A DNA stretch of 64,000 bases, from contig OZ246395.1 in NCBI GenBank assembly GCA_965230915.1, forward strand, positions 600,935 to 664,934, given 5' to 3'. Positions 29,234 through 39,562 of this stretch are shown here, in pieces (position 1 is the stretch's first letter; every line of letters begins with the position of its first letter). The translations under genes were made by a program, and so were the position numbers. The notes beneath the pieces are model-generated. The model saw nothing but the letters and a program-made list of their open reading frames with translations. It ran no database searches and was not told where the DNA came from. Origin of the DNA: an uncultured Candidatus Saccharibacteria bacterium. GTDB taxonomy: Bacteria > Patescibacteriota > WWE3 > 2-01-FULL-39-13.

Positions 29234-31004
29234 CGGGTTGATCGAGTTTTTCTGGGTTAGCTTTGAAATCTAAAACTTGATTTAAAATACTTTGGAATTG
29301 AGCATTTGTAGGATCAAGGCTTAATAGATATTGAGCAGTTTTTTCCGCTTCATCGAAATTTTTTAACTGAACATTTAGGCTTATATATTGACCGATTAAA
29401 TTTAGGTTGTTAGGGCTAATTTGCATCGCAGTTTGATATTCTTTATACCCACTCTCATTATCTCCAACTTGAAAATATAAGATTGCCAAATTTTGGTGTG
29501 ACTGCCAAATAATTGGACTATATTTTATTGCATTTAAATATCCTTCTTCAGCTTTTTTAAAATATTCTTGTCGCTTAGCTGGGTCGGTCTCGGTTTGGAA
29601 AAGTGTCTGATATGTGTACGCCAGATTGTGATATGCATCGGCATAATTCGGCTTTAATTTTGTTGCGTAGTCGAATTCTTGAATTGCTCGCTGATAATCG
29701 CCATGTCTCGCATAATAGTCTCCTAAATTATTATGATTATTGGGGCTCGATGGTGAATATTTTGCTGCTGAAAGCCAAAGGGTATCCTCATTTTTCCAAT
29801 CTAAATTACGGTAAACAGTGCGAATTCCAAGTGCCATTATAATTACGATAAATACACATAAGACAGCTATTTTTATGCTCTCATTATTAAGTAATTTATA
29901 TATTAAATGCGCGACTATCGCGGCAAACCCCAAAATGCCCAGATATGCATATCTTTCGGCTACAAGCCAGGAAAGTTTTAATGGGGTCATAGTTGGAAGC
30001 ATTACGATCATAAAAAAGAAAAACCAGAATGTTAAATATTTATAATCGAGAATTCTTAAGTATTTTTCATTTTTCTCAAAATGTATATTCTTCCAAAACA
30101 TTAGTGTATTCTTGAATCCTTTTCTTAATTTGATAATAAGTACAATTAACGAAATTATTATGACAAGAAAAACTCCTAAGCGAATAAAGTAATTTGCGAA
30201 TGAATAGACTGTTTCAGAATGATATAAAGTCAGACCTTGTGGCCACAAAAATAACTGAATATATTCGGTAACAGCTATTGGAATTTGATAAAGCGGATTA
30301 ATATACCCCGCTTCTTGGTAGTATTCTGTCGCTAAAATTTCAGTACGCTTGCCAACAAGCCCGGCTAGCATTAAAACGAATGGGATAGAAATTAACATGT
30401 ATGAAGCTGATTTTAAGAAAGATGATTTTGATTCCTGTGAATAAATAAATTTATAAAGAATATAAATTGCGGCTAATGATACTGCTTTTTCGGAAGTTAG
30501 AACTGCAAATAAATATAAAAGCAGGGATAAAAAATATTTCCAATTATATTTATCTTCTGATTCAAGAAAGAATATAAAGCTTACTAAAAAGAATAGCGAA
30601 TAATAAGCGTAAACTCCGCCGGCTATCCATGTAATAGATTCTGCAAGAATCGGATGGACAATAAATAATGAAGTTACTAATATTCCGAGCCTTTTATCGT
30701 AAAGATTTCTAAATAAGTAATAGATTGAACAACCAACAGCTGCATGAAAGATTATATTAATTAATCTAAATGCCCAGGCTTGCATTCCGAATGCATGAAA
30801 GGTTAAAAGTTGTATTACTGCTGTCCCAAAACCTATGAAGGATCGAAATACATAACTCCACTTTCCAAATTCTGGATTTAATAAAATTCCACTTCGATCA
30901 TCAGATACAAAATCATTCCCTAGATTATTTGCGTATACTACAAATGCAGCAATGCAGATAATAATATAAATGTATTTATCTTTTAATAAAAAATTTTTAA
31001 ACAA
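29223..31004 (-). CDS. GT-C-type polytopic membrane glycosyltransferase (PMT/ArnT-like) with C-terminal TPR repeats
   Basis: The N-terminus has about 10 TM segments, with an FVSDDRSG acidic loop after TM1. The C-terminal ~200 aa carries TPR-like repeats (AYHNLAYTY, WQSHQNLAILYFQVGD). Confidence 0.6.
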   Translation of the reverse strand: MFKNFLLKDKYIYIIICIAAFVVYANNLGNDFVSDDRSGILLNPEFGKWSYVFRSFIGFGTAVIQLLTFHAFGMQAWAFRLINIIFHAAVGCSIYYLFRNLYDKRLGILVTSLFIVHPILAESITWIAGGVYAYYSLFFLVSFIFFLESEDKYNWKYFLSLLLYLFAVLTSEKAVSLAAIYILYKFIYSQESKSSFLKSASYMLISIPFVLMLAGLVGKRTEILATEYYQEAGYINPLYQIPIAVTEYIQLFLWPQGLTLYHSETVYSFANYFIRLGVFLVIIISLIVLIIKLRKGFKNTLMFWKNIHFEKNEKYLRILDYKYLTFWFFFFMIVMLPTMTPLKLSWLVAERYAYLGILGFAAIVAHLIYKLLNNESIKIAVLCVFIVIIMALGIRTVYRNLDWKNEDTLWLSAAKYSPSSPNNHNNLGDYYARHGDYQRAIQEFDYATKLKPNYADAYHNLAYTYQTLFQTETDPAKRQEYFKKAEEGYLNAIKYSPIIWQSHQNLAILYFQVGDNESGYKEYQTAMQISPNNLNLIGQYISLNVQLKNFDEAEKTAQYLLSLDPTNAQFQSILNQVLDFKANPEKLDQPAKQ

Positions 31005-31061
31005 GATGAATTAATAATAAATGTTTTAATTTAAGTTAGCCATATCAAATTATTTGCTAAA

Positions 31062-31970
31062 ATGAGTCAGATGGAAATCGAACTATTGTCAGTCATTGTT
31101 CCAATTTATAAAAAGGAAGCAACAATCCGAAAGGAGCTGATAAAAATATATAACATACTTAAGCAGACTCCATATAATTTTGAAATTATCGGAGTCGTAG
31201 ACGGTACCTCACTTGATAATTCACTAGCTGAAGCAAAGTCAGTAAATAAGCATCGTGTAAAAATATATGGATATAAAAATAACTATGGAAAAGGACAAGC
31301 TGTTCGATATGGCATGCAAAAATCTATTGGCGATGTAATTTGCTTTATAGACTCCGGCGGAGATATCAACCCACAAGGAATTGTAATGCTACTCGAACAT
31401 ATGAAATGGTATAAAGCCGACATTATAGTCGGAAATAAGCTACATTCAGCTAGCAAGGTTAACTATCCTACAAGCCGAAAACTTTTTAGCTGGGTTTATT
31501 CTAAATTTGTAAAATTGCTTTTCGGGCTTAAAATAATGGACACTCAAACAGGTCTAAAAGCTTATAAGAGAAAGGTTCTAGACAAAGTACTAGATGTTTT
31601 GGTGGTGAAGCGCTTTGCATTCGATATTGAAATTTTAGCCGTAGCACACTCTCTTGGTTTCAAAAAAATTTATGATGCACCAGTTGATGTAAATCTTGAT
31701 TACGAAGGCAGCAGTATTATGGGGATTTTCACCAAAAATGGGTTGTGGCTTTTTATTTACGATACACTTGCAGTTTGGTACCGATTAAGAATATTACGGT
31801 ACTACAGACCTGAAAAAGAGAATATACGCGAGAGAAAATTTAATAATGACCTAGAAATGTATGTAAATACAGGGAAAATGTCAGATAAAAATCAAGCGAT
31901 AGTAGAAAAATTCGATAAAATTCTTACTTCTCTAAGGAATTTCTTGGGACTACGCAGTGACCCAAACTAA
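31062..31970 (+). CDS. GT2 polyprenyl-phosphate sugar synthase (DPM1/GtrB-like)
   Basis: LSVIVPIYKKEATIRK...FEIIGVVDGTSLDNS...ICFIDSGGDI. Soluble GT2 of about 300 aa. Confidence 0.7.
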   Translation: MSQMEIELLSVIVPIYKKEATIRKELIKIYNILKQTPYNFEIIGVVDGTSLDNSLAEAKSVNKHRVKIYGYKNNYGKGQAVRYGMQKSIGDVICFIDSGGDINPQGIVMLLEHMKWYKADIIVGNKLHSASKVNYPTSRKLFSWVYSKFVKLLFGLKIMDTQTGLKAYKRKVLDKVLDVLVVKRFAFDIEILAVAHSLGFKKIYDAPVDVNLDYEGSSIMGIFTKNGLWLFIYDTLAVWYRLRILRYYRPEKENIRERKFNNDLEMYVNTGKMSDKNQAIVEKFDKILTSLRNFLGLRSDPN

Positions 31971-34189
31971 TTTTCATAAAAATTTTTAATTATATAATTA
32001 TCTCTCGTACTCCAAATTACAATTGGGCTTTTAACTAGCTTTAGCTTTATTAGGGAATTTACAAACTCCGATAAATCGGCCGAATCACCATTCCGTTTAA
32101 AGGTTATTGTTTCGCCTTGGCCAAAATAATACGCTGTTAGTTCGCCATTTAAGTTAATATAATTTTCCGCAAAAATTTTGCTATTTCTGTCATAGCTTAT
32201 TGGGATCATAATAACTTCCGAATTATTTTTGAAAATCTTTATTTGTGCATCAATCCCTGACACTTCTTCAACATCCTGAATATCACCAGTAATGAAATTC
32301 AACAAAACAGTCCCTTCTGGAGCAGCCCTAAAACTAACTGGGACCCTTACATTTATTACCTGACCCTTATCACACGATGGATTATTAAATATTTCAATAT
32401 TTTCGAATGGCTCTTCTTTTGACAAATAGCTAGTATGAAAAACTTTTATTAAAAATTTATTATATCCAAGATCTCTCTCACACTTATAATTTAACTCTAC
32501 CTCAAACGTATCTCTTTCTGATGAATTGGTATTTTCAAATAGGAAAAATTTACTTTTACTATCCCCTTTAAATTTTCCCATATACCACGATCTGAACGGA
32601 ATATTTTGTATAAACTCTTGGGCAAATTCGTCAGAACTTGAATTAACAACTACAAAGTTGTTAGTGGAATTAAAATTGCTTAGAGGTGTACTAACGATTT
32701 CATTATATTGGGAATTAGCAACCATATATTTGTTTATGAATATTGCATCCGTAACTTTTACAAAATATTTGTCGAAAATATCTCCGTCCTTATAAATCTT
32801 GGTATATGGCAAGATAATTATTCTGTCACCATCATTTATCAGTTTCTGGTTTGGCCATTTTATATTATTATTTATACTTCCATACCTTAAATAAACTCCG
32901 AAAGTTAAGGCCATACTTACGAAAATAAGAATTATCCTTTTTTGGTTCCTAGAATATTCAACCATACCTACACCACTCTTTTCGCTTGTTATCAACATGA
33001 AAACATAGATTACTCCGAGAACTAAAATTACAAGTATAAACTTATCTATGCTAAATGCGAAAACAGAAAATAATAACGCAATCGGAAGAAAGGCCAGTGA
33101 AAATTTGTAAACAGGCAATCTTAGGTTTACTTTACCAATTTTATTCATTCCGATTTTAATAAAGCCAGTAATTAGGGGAACACAAATAAGAATTCCAAGA
33201 AAAATGATCAAAATACCCAAAGGGAACAAAACCAACCTAGAAGCACTTAACGATAAAATATTTTCTCCTACAAGAACAGAATAAGTTCCGCCAATATAAT
33301 TAGCTATATACTCGAGCGAAATAGACCCCACATCTTTTATAGATATAGACATCAGACTTACTATGTAGACAATCAACAGAGGGACAAAAAAGCCTAAATA
33401 TAGTTTACTGGTGCCCATAAAGAAATTTTCTATGCTTACAAGAATAGATTCATATGTTTTCGATTCTATAAATATCTTGGGTTTATCTATAATTGCCACA
33501 AATAAATATCTAAGTACCGCAATTAGTATCAATATATATATTGCCTGTTGTGCAAGTTTCAAAAGTCCTTCATTTAAATATTTTAATTCGATAATTTTAT
33601 CTAGCTCATCTTTGGGATATACAGATCTATCATATGCACGCATATAATTTCCAAAAATTGAATAATATTCTGGGGTCAATAAATATAAAGCTGGAATCGT
33701 TATTAAAGTTTTCCCTAAAAATTTTTTTTCAGAGATATTAACACCATTTATACTATAATCGGCTGAGGTATCTGATCCTAATTCTGAAAAATTGCAGCTT
33801 ATATTGTCAGACATCCTAAATTCAGAATCACAAATGAGTATTATTGTCTTAGCGTTAACTGTGCCTAAAACACTTAAAATATCTTTTTTATTTTCAGAAT
33901 TAATATCGGAAGATAGAATTACGAAATATTGCCTATCTAATAAGGCAGCGCTTTGAATTTTGTTATAAAAAAGCCCCAAAAAGGATGGCTGACTTTGTTG
34001 ACTATTATTTTCGATAGTATTCCTATAATCGAATAGGCTTAATGCATCGATTCCAAAATCTGAAAATTTATCTGTATAGTACCTATATTCGTTTATTGCT
34101 AGCACTTCTTTCGCAAAGGCCGTAGACACGGCTAAAGCAATAAACATCGTTGTGAGTATGAATAATTTATTTTTCAAATAATTTTTCAT
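31967..34189 (-). CDS. hypothetical large membrane protein
   Basis: 740 aa. Signal-peptide-like N-terminus, a ~220-aa hydrophilic domain, about 8 TM segments, then a ~300-aa C-terminal hydrophilic domain. No family recognised. Confidence 0.5.
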   Translation of the reverse strand: MKNYLKNKLFILTTMFIALAVSTAFAKEVLAINEYRYYTDKFSDFGIDALSLFDYRNTIENNSQQSQPSFLGLFYNKIQSAALLDRQYFVILSSDINSENKKDILSVLGTVNAKTIILICDSEFRMSDNISCNFSELGSDTSADYSINGVNISEKKFLGKTLITIPALYLLTPEYYSIFGNYMRAYDRSVYPKDELDKIIELKYLNEGLLKLAQQAIYILILIAVLRYLFVAIIDKPKIFIESKTYESILVSIENFFMGTSKLYLGFFVPLLIVYIVSLMSISIKDVGSISLEYIANYIGGTYSVLVGENILSLSASRLVLFPLGILIIFLGILICVPLITGFIKIGMNKIGKVNLRLPVYKFSLAFLPIALLFSVFAFSIDKFILVILVLGVIYVFMLITSEKSGVGMVEYSRNQKRIILIFVSMALTFGVYLRYGSINNNIKWPNQKLINDGDRIIILPYTKIYKDGDIFDKYFVKVTDAIFINKYMVANSQYNEIVSTPLSNFNSTNNFVVVNSSSDEFAQEFIQNIPFRSWYMGKFKGDSKSKFFLFENTNSSERDTFEVELNYKCERDLGYNKFLIKVFHTSYLSKEEPFENIEIFNNPSCDKGQVINVRVPVSFRAAPEGTVLLNFITGDIQDVEEVSGIDAQIKIFKNNSEVIMIPISYDRNSKIFAENYINLNGELTAYYFGQGETITFKRNGDSADLSEFVNSLIKLKLVKSPIVIWSTRDNYIIKNFYEN

Positions 34190-34574
34190 AAAAAATATCT
34201 TTTAGTACTCCAATTATCAAAATTCCAAATCCAATTAAAGAGAAATATTCTGCTAACTTCGAATATCCTAAAAGTAATGCGATAACACCCAGACATATCA
34301 TAATGATAGAAAAACCATATGAGTATTTTCTATCAACAATAAAGGTAAAAAATAGACACCAAAGAATTATAAGTATGAATATCAAATTTAAAATTATTGA
34401 AAATCCGAAATAACTTGTAAGAGTAATAAAAAAAATTATGGCAAGTATTGCATTTAAGAACTTTTTATCTAGCCCATAAACTTTATCTATATTATTTATA
34501 TTTACATAAAAAGTTATTCCTATTATTAGCGCAAGAACAAATCTTATAATGTCAAATTGACTTTCAATAATCAT
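34167..34574 (-). CDS. small hypothetical 4-TM membrane protein
   Basis: 135 aa, 4 hydrophobic segments. Overlaps both flanking genes by a few nt (operonic). Confidence 0.4.
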   Translation of the reverse strand: MIIESQFDIIRFVLALIIGITFYVNINNIDKVYGLDKKFLNAILAIIFFITLTSYFGFSIILNLIFILIILWCLFFTFIVDRKYSYGFSIIMICLGVIALLLGYSKLAEYFSLIGFGILIIGVLKDIFYEKLFEK

Positions 34575-36886
34575 TTTTTGATAGACCTATATCGAACTAT
34601 AAACATCATAGTAATTAGTACAATAACTGTTGTAATCGCGATATATGTAAAAATCTCATTAGTTTTTTGTATCGTTAAAATTATCCTGACTCTATATAAA
34701 CCAGCTTCTGGAATATCTGCAAACCATACATTTCCGAATCCGTTACCGATTGAATGTTTTATTCCTTCAATCGGTTCGCCATTTTCTTTTGCCAATTCTA
34801 ATTTCCAACTTGGGCTAAATTTTTGCGAAAAGTATATTGGAATTTCTCCTGGGCCTTGCGCACTTAAATTAAATTCATATTCAGTAGAAGATATCTTTTT
34901 AATATCGGTAATTTTAGCAATATTATTTCTTAGTTGAATTTTAAAATCATCATCCGAAATATATAGATCAGTCGTGTCGAGTATATTTTGATTTTCGGCA
35001 AGTGATGTATTTGCAGATACTTTATTTGGGATATACACAATCTGGTCAGTATGATTAATAAATTCATAAATATAGAAATTATCAGTCTCGGCAACCATCT
35101 TTAGTGCTGGCTGGCTAGATAGTCGTCTATTCACAGATTCTGGTCTGCCCCAAAGCCATATCGATCCAAACTCACGAACCTTAATTGATTCTGTGTAGTT
35201 CCACAGATAGTAGGGCCCCTTACGATCTACTACAACATATTTAATATTCCCTATTTTTAATATGTTACTAAAATCACTCATGGCTACTATATCGTTATAT
35301 AAAACAGAAATAAGCGAGCTATTCACATCTCCTCCACTTAATATGTTTGCATTCGCTGGAATGTGAAAAAGTGGAAACTCATATCTTAAAAACGACTCAT
35401 ATAAAGTTTGTGAATTATTGGGAATAACAATAATTCTTTCGGTAGAAGAAAGATTATGTTTTGAAGTAAATTCTTTTAATTCACTAAAATACTTCGGATA
35501 TGAAGATTCATTTACAAAGACAGTATGATAAGAATCAATGGAAGTTATTTTGTTTGTTTCATATTGCAAATCTTTTCCTAGATAGCCCGAAGTCAGGAAT
35601 TGGAATTTCGCCAGAAAATTTGCCAAAACTAAGAACAATAGAACAACAAGATATTTTTTCTTATTTTTGAATTTAATAAAAAATAAAATATATATCATCA
35701 GCAAAGACATAAATTCTGACAACATAAACTTCTTGGGATTTCGGTAAATACTTATAAATGGCAAATTTTCTATTATAGAACTCCCTTTTTGAAGATAAAA
35801 AACATACGAGACTAAAATTATTCCAAGGAAATAAATGAAATATGTGTAAATTAAAAAATCTATGTTTTTTATTTTCTTGTGTCGATTTTTGTAAAAATAA
35901 AGGAAACAAAAAATTATAACTAGCACATTCGATATTCCCAAAATTGTATATACCGTATAATCAACATCCAAAAACCTAGACTGATAATCGAAATAAATAT
36001 TGGTAATGTCTCCCTTATTACCTGTGTTATATAAAGAATTCAGCACCGTTGAATTTGCATACATATAGTTGATTTCATTTTTTATTCCACTATCCAAACT
36101 GGATAAAGTGGCTGCAGTAAAATTAACGGCAGAAAATAAATTGAAATAGAGTTGATAAATAATATTTAAGTTTGCTAAAAGAAAAAGGCCAGCAAATATT
36201 AAAATAGCTAATAGGTACTCTTTTATTTTTAACCGCCCTTGGTAAAACCCCCGGATGCTTAATACTAAAAACTCAGGAAAGAGGAATAAACCAATATAGA
36301 AGATAGAAAGCCAGTTATACCAAGTCGATATCAATAATAGAAAGAAAAGCACCAATAAGTCCGAAAACCTTTTGTCTCTAAACAAAAAATACAGGTAAAA
36401 ACCCATTAGCATCGCAAATGTATATACTATAGAAGTCTCGAATTGCCCTTGAGAATAATTTGCGATATTCACACTAGAAAAAGTGTAAAGAAGAGAAAAT
36501 AAAAGTGTCGCATATGTCTTAGCTTTTAAACTTTTAATATTGAATCTCGTTAAAACCGAATAAATACCCCAGTACAAAACTAGATAATTAAAATTTATGT
36601 ATATAAGTTGCAAAATATGCGGAGAAACGAATCGTGTAAATTGAGACAAAATAAATTGTGGGATATTCACCATTCCAAATGACCCAGAGAATTGCTCAAA
36701 CCATAAAAGCAGAATATTTTTAAAAGGAATGGGCTCAAGAGGAATCGAAACCATATCACCCCAAGATGGGTTCCATAGATCGAACACATAATGATACTGA
36801 ACTATTGTTAGTATGATTAGGTAGACTAAAAGCCCAGCAATTTTATAGAGGATTTCACTGCTAACCTTAAGTTTTTCTTTTAACAT
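34571..36886 (-). CDS. large polytopic membrane protein, putative GT-C-type glycosyltransferase
   Basis: 771 aa. More than 12 N-terminal TM segments with an acidic loop LWNPSWGDMVSIP after TM1, a ~300-aa extracytoplasmic domain, and a C-terminal TM anchor. Same architecture as the products of 49885..52137 and 52140..53876. Confidence 0.45.
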   Translation of the reverse strand: MLKEKLKVSSEILYKIAGLLVYLIILTIVQYHYVFDLWNPSWGDMVSIPLEPIPFKNILLLWFEQFSGSFGMVNIPQFILSQFTRFVSPHILQLIYINFNYLVLYWGIYSVLTRFNIKSLKAKTYATLLFSLLYTFSSVNIANYSQGQFETSIVYTFAMLMGFYLYFLFRDKRFSDLLVLFFLLLISTWYNWLSIFYIGLFLFPEFLVLSIRGFYQGRLKIKEYLLAILIFAGLFLLANLNIIYQLYFNLFSAVNFTAATLSSLDSGIKNEINYMYANSTVLNSLYNTGNKGDITNIYFDYQSRFLDVDYTVYTILGISNVLVIIFCFLYFYKNRHKKIKNIDFLIYTYFIYFLGIILVSYVFYLQKGSSIIENLPFISIYRNPKKFMLSEFMSLLMIYILFFIKFKNKKKYLVVLLFLVLANFLAKFQFLTSGYLGKDLQYETNKITSIDSYHTVFVNESSYPKYFSELKEFTSKHNLSSTERIIVIPNNSQTLYESFLRYEFPLFHIPANANILSGGDVNSSLISVLYNDIVAMSDFSNILKIGNIKYVVVDRKGPYYLWNYTESIKVREFGSIWLWGRPESVNRRLSSQPALKMVAETDNFYIYEFINHTDQIVYIPNKVSANTSLAENQNILDTTDLYISDDDFKIQLRNNIAKITDIKKISSTEYEFNLSAQGPGEIPIYFSQKFSPSWKLELAKENGEPIEGIKHSIGNGFGNVWFADIPEAGLYRVRIILTIQKTNEIFTYIAITTVIVLITMMFIVRYRSIKK

Positions 36887-38426
36887 TTTTCATATGGCAG
36901 ACTATATCGTTAGAAGTATTAAAAGGTGACAGAACTAAAGTTGTATAAAATATAGGTAATATCAAAATATTTAAGATCCTGCGTAATAGCGTATTCTTTA
37001 GAATACTAATCCATGGATAGGGCTCAATAAATGTTAGATACCCATCTATCGGCAGAATGTGACTAGAAGTAGATTCACAGTGTTCTACTTCAAAAAATTC
37101 ACTTAACCTATCTACAGTATTTGATGGTGTTTCTAAGCCAATGTGTCCGTGATAGTCTATCCAATATTTCTGATACAAATTATTCTTTTTTAGGTGCTTT
37201 GTTAAGATATTTTCTCCATCAGTTTCGATTGAGAAAAATAATTGACCATTTTGTTTTAGTACTCTTCGTAATTCCTTCAATAACTTATTCTTATCTTCTT
37301 TATATATGTGACCAAAAACTTCTGAACAATAAACAACATCAAAAAAATTATCCGGATATGGGATTCCTTTAGATGCATCAACTACTTTAGCTTCATGATA
37401 AATCTTCTTTGCATTTTCTATACTACCTTCTGAAACATCAATTCCATATACGTCGCCGTATTTATTAAGCCCAGCAAAACCGCCGCCGCAACCAACATCT
37501 AAAATTTTATTATTTGTGCCTGCATATTTATCCAGCATCTTAAAAATAGTTTTTTCATTATGTGTTGAAGGCGAAATATCAAAGTACAATTTTTCTAAGC
37601 TAGACATTTTTCTATCAAATGTACGTGTAAACCTTCCCTCGAATAAATCCTTATACGACTCTTGATTACTATCTACCTTTTGTGCAAGGTAATATCGTTC
37701 CCAATTTAAGGCGCTTCGTATAAATGTTTCGAATAAATTACGATATTGATCAACTATTCTTGTATCAGCAATCATTTTAAGATCAACATCTGATAATTCT
37801 TTTTCAATAAATTCTTTTGAGGCATAAAAAAGATCCACCACATCTCCGTTATCCATTTGCTCTTTGTAATATCCATGATCTGGATTATCTACATAGTCGG
37901 CGATATTCCTTGCAACATTTTTTAAAACAGTGAAATTAAATGGAATAACATTAAAAACGTGTGACGAGAAAATATAAAATCCTTTTGGTTTTAATACACG
38001 GGAAATTTCTTTTAACGCATCAACTCTTTTTTCATATGGATACAAACAATCAATACTATTATGACTAAAAATAACAATATCAAAACTATGGTCGGCAAAA
38101 TCCAATTTGCATGCATCGCCTACAACAGCTTTTACGTCCGGATATTTTTCATGCATTAAATCTATTAAGTTTTTTGCGATATCTAATCCAGTAACATCAA
38201 ATCCCATATTATGAAGAGGAACTGTAGTTCGTCCTCCTCCACAACCAAGGTCTAATACTTTAATATCTGAAACTTTTTTATTTAACTTTTGTACAGCTGA
38301 AAATAATAATGACGATTCAGAATCCCACAAACTAACATCCATATTAAAATATCTTGTTATTGATTCTTCGGTGTTCCAGAAGTCTATATCTTGTTGTGTT
38401 TTGTTTGATTCCATTGCTCTGTCCAT
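36867..38426 (-). CDS. tandem-domain class I SAM-dependent methyltransferase
   Basis: Two complete methyltransferase cores: VLDLGCGGGRTTVP...GLDIA and ILDVGCGGGFAGLN...GIDVS. Confidence 0.8.
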   Translation of the reverse strand: MDRAMESNKTQQDIDFWNTEESITRYFNMDVSLWDSESSLLFSAVQKLNKKVSDIKVLDLGCGGGRTTVPLHNMGFDVTGLDIAKNLIDLMHEKYPDVKAVVGDACKLDFADHSFDIVIFSHNSIDCLYPYEKRVDALKEISRVLKPKGFYIFSSHVFNVIPFNFTVLKNVARNIADYVDNPDHGYYKEQMDNGDVVDLFYASKEFIEKELSDVDLKMIADTRIVDQYRNLFETFIRSALNWERYYLAQKVDSNQESYKDLFEGRFTRTFDRKMSSLEKLYFDISPSTHNEKTIFKMLDKYAGTNNKILDVGCGGGFAGLNKYGDVYGIDVSEGSIENAKKIYHEAKVVDASKGIPYPDNFFDVVYCSEVFGHIYKEDKNKLLKELRRVLKQNGQLFFSIETDGENILTKHLKKNNLYQKYWIDYHGHIGLETPSNTVDRLSEFFEVEHCESTSSHILPIDGYLTFIEPYPWISILKNTLLRRILNILILPIFYTTLVLSPFNTSNDIVCHMKNVKRKT

Positions 38427-38500
38427 AGCATTGAATTTTACTTATTTTTATTTGCAAATCATTTTAAATTGCAAACAAAAAAATTACCTACTTAGGCAAA

Positions 38501-39562
38501 TCACTTTCCTAAAATTTGCAATTTTAATTTTTGAATAAATTGCATAAGTGTATTTAACTTGCTAATTGTAATTCCGTAAAGGACATATCCTCCCCACTTT
38601 AATTTATATTGATTAATATTTTGAATCTTTTCACTAGATTCATCATTAACATTAATCATGCTCAAATCCATAAAGTCATAACCCTTGATATTGCCAACCT
38701 TCAAAAGATGCCACTTTAGCGCATCTCCACCGGGAATTTTAGCTTCACGACTATACTTTGTCGCAAACATACTGAATTCAGACATCGTTTTGCCACAATA
38801 CATTATGGCTGAGCCAGCTAATACTTTTCCATCTGAATATGCCAGATAATATTTTATCTCGCCGTGTGATTCGTTTACCAATGTAACATAATACCCAACC
38901 GGATTCATACTCAAACCGTATGATTTCCAGCTAATTTTTAGATATTCATAAAAGTCTTTAGCCTCGGCTTCTTTAACTTCAATTCCAAATTGTTCAGACC
39001 TTCTGATTTGTCTTCTTAAATCACCAGGCAATGACTCCAATTTATTATCAATGTCAAAATCTAACGGAATTCTAACTGTTGCTATTAAATCTGAACCATA
39101 AATTTTACTCTTTAAGTTTTTTGCATTATCTAAACTTCTAAAACAAACAAAATCTGCAGGCATTATATTTACATTACGGCTTTCTGCCAAAGAATTAATA
39201 TACTTTAGAATATCTACTGATATATCTACAAAAGTTTCTTCGTCGAAGTTTTTGTCTAAAATTACTGGCTGCAAATGCATATTCATACTTCTTAAAAAAT
39301 TTATTTTAGAAATTGCTTGTAGAAATACTTTTGGAAAGTTTAATAGAAGCACGCCGCCAATAAGTACTTCATAAATTAGAACCAAAATAGATCTTTTATT
39401 GTCTATTAAGATCTCAAGGTATAGACCTTTACCTATCCCCATTTGTTCGTATGACTTCGCCCATTTTGATGTAGATGTATATACACCATAATTTTCTTCT
39501 ATAGTTTTGTCCCACCATTCTGGTGCAATGGTATGCAATTTAAAATCAATTTTTCTCGGCAT
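38501..39562 (-). CDS. FemAB/BioF2-like GNAT-fold aminoacyl/acyl transferase
   Basis: The C-terminus GDALKWHLLKVGNIKGYDFMDLSMIN...NINQYKLKWGG resembles the FemABX-family end (..YDFgG..........FKrgFGG). Confidence 0.5.
   Translation of the reverse strand: MPRKIDFKLHTIAPEWWDKTIEENYGVYTSTSKWAKSYEQMGIGKGLYLEILIDNKRSILVLIYEVLIGGVLLLNFPKVFLQAISKINFLRSMNMHLQPVILDKNFDEETFVDISVDILKYINSLAESRNVNIMPADFVCFRSLDNAKNLKSKIYGSDLIATVRIPLDFDIDNKLESLPGDLRRQIRRSEQFGIEVKEAEAKDFYEYLKISWKSYGLSMNPVGYYVTLVNESHGEIKYYLAYSDGKVLAGSAIMYCGKTMSEFSMFATKYSREAKIPGGDALKWHLLKVGNIKGYDFMDLSMINVNDESSEKIQNINQYKLKWGGYVLYGITISKLNTLMQFIQKLKLQILGK

Noticed and set aside
34167-34574. Small 4-TM protein as a GtrA-like polyprenyl-phosphate sugar flippase
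   Set aside because: Size and context fit, but I could not see the GtrA N-terminal RF..VG motif. Left as hypothetical.
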